Assembly (NCBI GenBank): GCA_963749655.1
Contig: CAVVOB010000015.1
Span: forward strand, 96,001 to 160,000
Direction of reading: 5' to 3'
Source: Nitrospirota bacterium
GTDB lineage: Bacteria; Nitrospirota; UBA9217
Length of the DNA stretch: 64,000 nucleotides
The notes under the pieces are model-generated. The model had not been told where the DNA came from and ran no database searches. It saw nothing but the letters and a program-made list of their open reading frames with translations. This document shows, piece after piece, positions 57,188-64,000 of this stretch. Each line of letters starts with the position of its first letter. Within the stretch, counting starts at the first letter, position 1. Both the position numbers and the translations under genes were made by a program.

Positions 57188-60100
57188 TCAGCAGCCGACC
57201 TTCGTTATGCCGGTCGCGGTCTCAATGGTCAGTCCGTCAAAGTGCGTCACGGAATCGGCCTTGGTCCAGAGGCCGACGTAGCCCTGGACCATCTTGTCGG
57301 CTTCGTACTCCAGAACAAGCCGGTCGTTCAAATAACACCACATGCCCCGGTCCCGGACCACGACGCGGAGATCGTGCCATCGGCCGGTTGTGATCTTTTC
57401 ATGAATGCTTTTCAGCTCGATGCGCCTGCCGTTAACGTACTCGAACAGGATAGCGTTGTCCTCAAGCGCGTTGATCCGGAACACAAAATAGTTGTTCACG
57501 TCCCCCATGCCGAAGGCGATGCCGCCTGCCCGGTCGATATTGCCGCTTACCGGCTTCACGCGCACCCGGACCGCGCCGTCCGATATCCGGGTGTCCTTCA
57601 CAACCGCCAGAGGGAAATAGTAGTAAGCCTCGACGTTGTCAAGAAACTCCTGGAGCGCCTGTCCGACGAATTTGTTCAAAGCCCCTGCCACGCCGGATGA
57701 TAGGGTGAACCCCGCGCGCGAGCCGTCCTGCATGCAGACCTGTTGTCCATCAATGGTCGTCTTCCACGATCCGCCGTGAGTGTAGAAATTCACGATCCCT
57801 TCATCCCTTTTCTGTGTCAGAAAATCATAGTCCGAATGGAAAAAGGCGTCTGTCAGGCGCTCCACGTCGGCCTGACTCGTAATTGCCACGTCAAGAAGAC
57901 GCGAGGAAGCAAGAAGACGGCCCATCTGGTCGAGTTTCTCCTCGAGCGAGAGTCGGTCATAGTCGGTGATTGCTCCCTCGATCAGGTCGCCGCGAAGTTT
58001 TACCTGGAACCCAAGCTTGCCGAGCACGCTGCCCAGAAAGGCAATGCGAAGCGACTTGCCGTAATAGCTCCCCGCGCCGCCCGAGAACTGGAGCGATATA
58101 TAGTTCTGACTGCTGTTGTCGCCGACAAAGGCGTCGACCGTAGCGAAGTGATAGCCGAACTTTGCAGACAGATTCATATACTCATGCGAGAGGATTGCAT
58201 AGCTGACCCCACCCGGCGCCGGGCCGAGCTCCGCTGCGGCGCTCGCTGACAGGAGCGTCAGGATCTTGTTCATTCCGAGGCCGATGGATCCCTCCCAGCT
58301 CACGCCGGGATGGGTAAACCCCTTCCATATGGCTTTCAAGGGCAGGCACTCGACATGATCGGGGGTTACTTCGTGGCACGTGGTAAGCCCCTGCTTCAGG
58401 CCTCCGCCGAGGTCGATCAGCCGCAGTTCCAGCGGTATCTTTGCCTTGAGTTCGATCGATCGCACTTCGTATGTTTCGTCGGTAAGACCGAACATGGATC
58501 GAACGGCCTGCTCGTGGGTATAACGAATGACGTCATGGATCGTCTTGCATCCATGGGGTGCGAAGGATGGATCGTCGGAATTCATGAGATTGAGCGGCGA
58601 GATGAGGTCCAGCACACGGCGCATTCTGCGGTGCACGGGGCTGTCGAAGACCTGCGTCTTCCTTCGTTCTATCAGGCTGGTCAGCTCCCCGACAATGCCG
58701 GAATAGACTTTCGGCGGGTCAGTTGTAAGCGTGACCATATCCCCGTTCTTGAGTGTTGTTGTGGCGTTTCCCGCATCCACGATCAAGGGCATGCCGAACT
58801 CCCGCGCCACCGAGGCAAGATGGCTTGAGGCGCTGCCTATGTCGGTGATGATTGCATTGACCCTTCCGACGTGCTTCGCAAGGTCCGGCGATGCGGTCCG
58901 CGCCACGAGCACAGCCCCTTCCGGGACGGTTTCATCATCAGCACTCTCACGCCGGACAAAGACCGCTCCCGCTGCTATGCCCCGGGAGGCCGATTTGCCC
59001 GAGGAAAGCAGCGTGGCATGCCCGGTAACATCGACGACCGGGGCGCCCGACACGCTGCTTACTCCGCCGCCTCCGAGCGGTCGCGACTGAATAATGAACA
59101 GATTGCCTGAATCATCAAGCGCCCATTCAACGTCCTGTGCGGAGCCGAACAGAGCTTCGAGCTTGAGACCGTAATCAGCGAGTTTCTGTATGGTCGCATC
59201 GTCAAGAGAAGCAGAGCCTTGCTCATGAGCAGGCACGGTTTGGAGGACCGTTCCGCCTGCCGGAAGATTCACCATCCGCGTATCCTGCCTTGTTATCCTT
59301 CGGTCCTTGATCTGCAGGGATTTCCGGTCCACGACAAAGAGGTCCGGCGAGGCGCTGCCGTCAACGAGCCGCTCGGCGAGGCCCCGGACCGAGCTGATAA
59401 TGACGTCCCGGGAATCGTTTCCCGAAGGCGAGTTAGTGTACATGACGCCGCTTGACCTGGGGTCTATCATGGCAACCACGGCCACGGCCATGGGCGTCTC
59501 CTGGTCCGTCAGTCCGTAGCGCAGACGATAGGTCGTCGCGCGGGAGGAGTACTTGCTCGCGAGAACCTGTTTCCAGGCTTCGAGTATGCCGCTCTCCACG
59601 ACGTTCAGCACTGTCGCGTACTGGCCTGCAAAGGTGGCGGCCGTGTCCTCGCCCACTGCGCTGCTCCGCACCGCGACACGGATGCCGGGCCTTGTTCTTT
59701 TCGCCAGTTCCCGATAAGCCTGAATGATCTCCCCGGCAATGTCGGGCGGTACGGCTGCTTTGACGATAGCGGCGCGGATGCCTTCGAGCTCTGGCGCTCA
59801 AATGCTTCCGGCTGGTCCGGTGATGCCCGAGCAAGCATCTTCGCAATGAAATCGTCAAGGCCGTTCGCAGAGAGGAAACGCCCGGTGGCAACTGTCGTTA
59901 CGCTGAAGCCGGCCGGAACCGGGAGGCGGAATTCGTTCGCGATCTTTGCCAGATTCGCGGCCTTCGCGCCGGTAATATGAACGGCTTCACCTTTGATACG
60001 CTCAAACGGCAGCACCAGAGCGTTTGACCGGGCAGCGTATTGCGGCGTAAGTTCCCCGGTAATTGAATGATCGATCCGCATAAGACTTGTTTCGAGCTCG

Positions 60101-60369
60101 GCTGCGCCTTTGCCCTTGAGCGGGGCGAGCGCATACACCGCTCCGAGCGCCGCTTCCCATAGGGCTTCGTAGTGCGCGGCTGCCCAGGACAGGGACAAGG
60201 GCCTGCCGCTGTAGTATGCCTGCTCGAGGTCGGCGATGGCCGAAAGTGCGGTTTGGTTATGCTCCAGGAAGACCCGGAACGCCCGGTACTTTCTGACATG
60301 CGGACCCCGCACGTTCAGGAGCGGCACGCAAGCGCGTTTCTGATTAAAGAGTGATAGAAGATTCTTCAT
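57188..60369 (-). CDS. PEP synthase/PPDK-like protein (ATP-grasp + phospho-His swivel + C-terminal lectin-like domain); frameshifts near 59680-59790
   Basis: GAKAANLA, VPAGF, RSSAVGED..FAGQY, DVEWA, IQSRPL, SASRGIAAG, SSHLASVAREF. Confidence 0.85.
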
Positions 60370-60479
60370 GGCGGCAGTCGCGAAATTCTCAAATGCAGTA
60401 TAACAGACAGGATAGAAAAAATCCCGTACATTGTTTGAACCAGCCGGAAGATGCACACATTTACGCCGCTTGCCGTATC

Positions 60480-60625
60480 AGTTTGATAGTTCTGAGTTGT
60501 GAGTTTTTAGTTTCTAACTGAATGCGGGCGGCACATAATGCATAGGGCATGGAGCATGGCGCACAGGGTGGAGTCCCTCTGCCCTCTGCTTCCAGCTCAA
60601 AACTAAAAACTAAAAACTCAAAACT
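60480..60625. repeat. Nested heptamer hairpins (GAGTT/AACTC family enclosing AGGGCA/TGCCCT family)
   Basis: agttctgagttgtgagtttttagttt [catagggcatggagcatggcgcacaggg...ccctctgccctctgc] ctcaaaactaaaaactaaaaactcaaaact. Confidence 0.82.
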
Positions 60626-60673
60626 GGTTTTATTATGCTGATTGATGCTCCGGGACGAAAGAAGAATTTCCCT

Positions 60674-60747
60674 CCTCAGCTCCATCAAAATAAACAAAGG
60701 CCGGTCATTATTGACCGGCCTTATCATTTTCATGAAGGGGATCGAAC
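60674..60747 (+). repeat. Third copy of tRNA-Ala 3' end, terminator and inverted T-arm (attR-like)
   Basis: CCTCAGCTCCAtCAAAATAAACAAAGGCcGGTCATT..TGACCGGCCTT...GGGGATCGAAC matches 55412-55487. Confidence 0.88.
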
Positions 60748-60825
60748 GAACGACTGATCCACTCACGAAGCGAAGTGTGCTCAAGCTGCCGAATGCCGTC
60801 AAGAAACCATAGGGCAACGCTTTTC

Positions 60826-61711
60826 TTACGCGGCTTTCGCCGTCTTGCTCCTCCACTCCACGGTGATATCCCTGACGAAATCGTCAAAGGTCCGGGGCTT
60901 CCTGCCCAGGAGCTTTCTCCGTTTTTTCGAGGTCGTCCTTCGAAGCGATCATCCCCTTCTCCTGGAAGAACTCGTACATGATCCTCATTTCAGGGATCAT
61001 GAACTCCGGCATTATGTTCTTTACCTTTTCTCCCCAGGTATCGAGGTCGTTTCCACTGTAGCGCACCTCCCGTCCCAGGTGCTTTGAATAGATCCTGGCG
61101 ATCCCTTCGCCGGTCAGGGTATCGGATCCATGGATGTCATACGTCCGGCCTTCGAGTCCGGATTTCATGAGCGCATTGACCGCACAGTCGGCGATGTCGC
61201 GTACATCGACCCGGTTCAGCCCCTTTTCGCCGATGGGCTGCGGATAAATACCGTACTGCATGATCGCGTCCTTTAACCACACGTCATTCTGGAAAAAGTT
61301 ATTCGGCCTGAGGATGGTGTAGGCGATCCCCGATTCCCTGACGGCCTTCTCCACCGGCAGTTTGCTCCGGAAGTGCGGTATTCTTTCCGATCCTTCGGGC
61401 ATGGCGACCGACAGATAGACGATCTTCTTGATTCTGGCCTTCTTTGCCGCGGACACTGCAGCGAGCCCTTCATCGGTTTCGCTCAGCCCCACGGGGGCCA
61501 GCAAGAACATGCTGTCGATGCCTTCGAAGGCCGCCGGCAGCGTATCGGGATCATCAAGGTCCGCCCGGTACCCTTCAGCGCCCTTTGGCAGCTTTTTCAG
61601 TTTTTCCGGCGAATGGCTCATGACCCGGACAGCAACCCCCTGCTTGAGCAGGCCGGCCACCACCATGCTTCCAACCATGCCTGTTCCACCTATTACGAGT
61701 GTTTTCATCAT
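60826..61711 (-). CDS. NmrA-like NAD(P)-binding oxidoreductase; frameshift near 60925
   Basis: VIGGTGMVG, HFRSKLPVE, YTILRPNNF, VDVRDIA; C-terminus LLGRKPRTFDDFV...KAA* in shifted frame. Confidence 0.88.
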
Positions 61712-62055
61712 CTTTGACCTCCTATCGCTGCTCACCGGAAGTCTTCGAAAATTTATGGGGTGTTAATCGTGCGGGATGCGAAGATGCTATTGTGAGAGAG
61801 ATACTTAAGCTTGACACCGATGGAGCGATAAGTCAAGGAAACCGGGTAATATAGAGTGGCCGTTAGTACTGCACTTTGATTGTTTACGTGCCGCCTCAGC
61901 GGTGCTTATCGAGTCTTTTGCGGGCAAGTCGGTCCGGGCACGGGAACCCGGGGGCAACAAGATACGCTTTCGGACGGAGGATCCTTTGCAGCCCGAAGGA
62001 CAAAATGAAATCCGGCTTGTTGTACTGATTCGAATTGTCCTCTATACTATATCTT

Positions 62056-63549
62056 ATGACTCCTTCAAACCCCGGTGACAAACAACACCGCTCTCTCCTG
62101 CAAAGGATCGCCTACGCGGCCATGGTCGAGCGCGGATTGCTTCCGGACTTTTCTCCCCAGGCCCTTGCCGAACTCGACGGGCTCCGCGAGCCCGCTGCAC
62201 AAACGAACACTGCAACGCGTGATCTGCGGGACCTGCTCTGGTGCTCCATCGACAACGATGATTCGCGCGACCTGGACCAGTTGACTGTTGTAGAAGCCAT
62301 GCCGGACAACAGCGTCAAAGTGTTCGTTGCCGTCGCCGATGTCGACAGCATCGTTAAAAAGGACTCGGCGATCGACGAGCATGCGCGCAGCAATACCACG
62401 TCGGTCTATACTCCTGCCAGGATCTTTCCCATGCTGCCGGAGAAGCTTTCGACGGACCTGACGTCCCTGAATTTCGCTTCGGACCGGTATGCGGTGATCG
62501 TCGAGCTGGTCGTGGGCGAGGATGGGGCATTGCTCCGTTCCGATGTATATGGCGCGCTTGTCCGGAACCGGGCAAAACTGGCCTACAACAGCGTCGCCGC
62601 CTGGCTGGAGGGCGCCGGGCCGGTCCCCCGCGAGATACCCGCGGTCCCCGGCCTCGACGAGAACCTCCGGCTCCAGGACCGCGTCGCACAAAAACTGAAG
62701 TCGCTCCGACACGAGCACGGCGCACTGAGCCTTGAGACCGTGGAGGCACGGCTGGTGTTCGACGCTGATGAGCTCAAAGACCTCCAGGCTGAACGCAAGA
62801 ACAGGGCCAAGGACATCATCGAGGACCTCATGATCGCGGCGAACGGCGTGACTGCGCGTTTTCTCTCGGCCAAAGGCCTGCCGTCGTTCCGGCGCGTGGT
62901 CCGCACGCCGAAGCGATGGGACCGCATCAGGGAACTTGCCTCGGACCATGGCCAGGCGCTTCCCGCGGAGCCTGACGCGAAATCTCTGGAAGCGTTCCTC
63001 ACCAAGGCGCAGGCTGCCGATCCGCTCCGGTTTCCCGATCTTTCCCTTGCAATCATCAAGCTGCTCGGCGCGGGTGAATACGCGCTTGAAGTGCCGGGAG
63101 ACAGTTCCAGCGGCCACTTCGGCCTCGCCGTCCAGGATTACTCCCACTCCACAGCCCCGAACCGCCGCTATCCGGACCTGATCACGCAGCGTTTGCTGAA
63201 GGCGGCCCTTGCCGGACAACACATGCCCTACGGGAACGGAGAGCTGTCGGCTTTGGCAAAGCACTGCACGGAACAGGAAGATGCGGCAAAGAAGGTCGAA
63301 CGACAGGTCAGAAAATCCGCTGCGGCGATGCTCCTGGAACACAGGATCAATGAACAGTTCGATGCCATCGTGACCGGCGCAGCGGAAAAAGGCACCTGGG
63401 TCCGGCTGCTTTCTCCGCCTGTTGAAGGAAGACTGACGGGCGGCTTTGAAGGCGTCGACGTGGGACACCGGGTCCGCGTTCAGCTTATTCATACCGACGT
63501 GGAACGAGGGTATATAGACTTCAGAAGGGTCGGGGAAGGAAAGGCATAG
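62056..63549 (+). CDS. RNB-domain ribonuclease (RNase II/R family, short form)
   Basis: SIDNDDSRDLD, VAVADV, HFGLAVQDYSHSTAPNRRYPDL, C-terminal S1-like domain. Confidence 0.93.
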   Translation: MTPSNPGDKQHRSLLQRIAYAAMVERGLLPDFSPQALAELDGLREPAAQTNTATRDLRDLLWCSIDNDDSRDLDQLTVVEAMPDNSVKVFVAVADVDSIVKKDSAIDEHARSNTTSVYTPARIFPMLPEKLSTDLTSLNFASDRYAVIVELVVGEDGALLRSDVYGALVRNRAKLAYNSVAAWLEGAGPVPREIPAVPGLDENLRLQDRVAQKLKSLRHEHGALSLETVEARLVFDADELKDLQAERKNRAKDIIEDLMIAANGVTARFLSAKGLPSFRRVVRTPKRWDRIRELASDHGQALPAEPDAKSLEAFLTKAQAADPLRFPDLSLAIIKLLGAGEYALEVPGDSSSGHFGLAVQDYSHSTAPNRRYPDLITQRLLKAALAGQHMPYGNGELSALAKHCTEQEDAAKKVERQVRKSAAAMLLEHRINEQFDAIVTGAAEKGTWVRLLSPPVEGRLTGGFEGVDVGHRVRVQLIHTDVERGYIDFRRVGEGKA

Positions 63550-63690
63550 GCAACAGCTCTTTGCCACAAGTGAAGGTTCATAAAGGTAGGCACACAGAGG
63601 ACGCAGAGAAAAGCTTAAAAATGCTCTGTGTTTAATTAGGTTTTAAAGATCTTGATTTGCGAAGGCCTGGGGTAGTAAAGCCACGCTGTT

Positions 63691-63750
63691 CGTCATTCCA
63701 GCGAAAGCTGGAATCCAGAGGTTTCCTTGAAATACCTGAATTCCCCCGGC
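63691..63750. repeat. GTCAT-type palindromic element, partly degenerate
   Basis: CGTCATTCCAGCGAAAGCTGGAATCCAG...CTGAATTCC. Confidence 0.75.
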
Positions 63751-63855
63751 TTCAAACTTGCCGGGGCAGGCGACGGCACGAAGCATTGCTGATGACCGCA
63801 TCAGTAATTTTGCGTGCTCCCCGTGCTTTGCGGGAGACCCGCTTTTATATATTAA

Positions 63856-63994
63856 CAGGTTGTTGAAAAAGCTCAAGCGCGACAAATTTCGTCATGCCAG
63901 CGAAGGCTGGCATCCAGAATCATATTAAAAACACTGGATTCCTGCCTGCGCAGGAATGACGGCTAAGGTTTTCAAGACGTTTTTCAACAGCCTG
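63856..63994. mobile_element. MITE family B copy 2 (139 bp)
   Basis: Same termini and near-identical body as 27981-28119; TTAA direct flanks. Confidence 0.92.
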
Positions 63995-64000
63995 TTAAAA

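Overview
GC-rich bacterial chromosome segment; gene content suggests a Nitrospirota/Desulfobacterota-like anaerobe (inference). 1-15.5 kb: minus-strand pyrimidine operon (PyrR attenuator, pyrR-pyrB-[IS4]-pyrC-metallophosphoesterase-carA-radical SAM-carB-greA-pyrK-pyrD) running into a heme-motif histidine kinase and a response regulator. 15.6-32.5 kb: accessory genes (Sel1 protein, iron-sulfur flavoprotein, an orphan MacB/FtsX-like permease, two glycoside-hydrolase-like lipoproteins, C45 peptidase, hydrolase, AraC, REP-separated small ORFs, a four-Kazal-domain secreted protein). 32.7-44.9 kb: PadR-led envelope transport operon with one ABC ATPase, three paralogous ~860 aa permeases, a LolA-like protein and an outer-membrane protein. 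Then a HEAT/HD-GYP/GGDEF c-di-GMP module, a group 3b [NiFe]-hydrogenase, tRNA-Ala(GGC) with repeated 3' fragments bounding a 5 kb island (VapBC, PP2C, PEP-utilising enzyme), NmrA and an RNB nuclease. The most striking non-gene signal is a dense set of short hairpin elements (inverted 7/9/10-mer tandem repeats, REPs, two MITE families with target duplications) at most gene junctions, some nested and some apparently translated in frame. About nine genes have small frameshifts, several at homopolymers, probably long-read errors.
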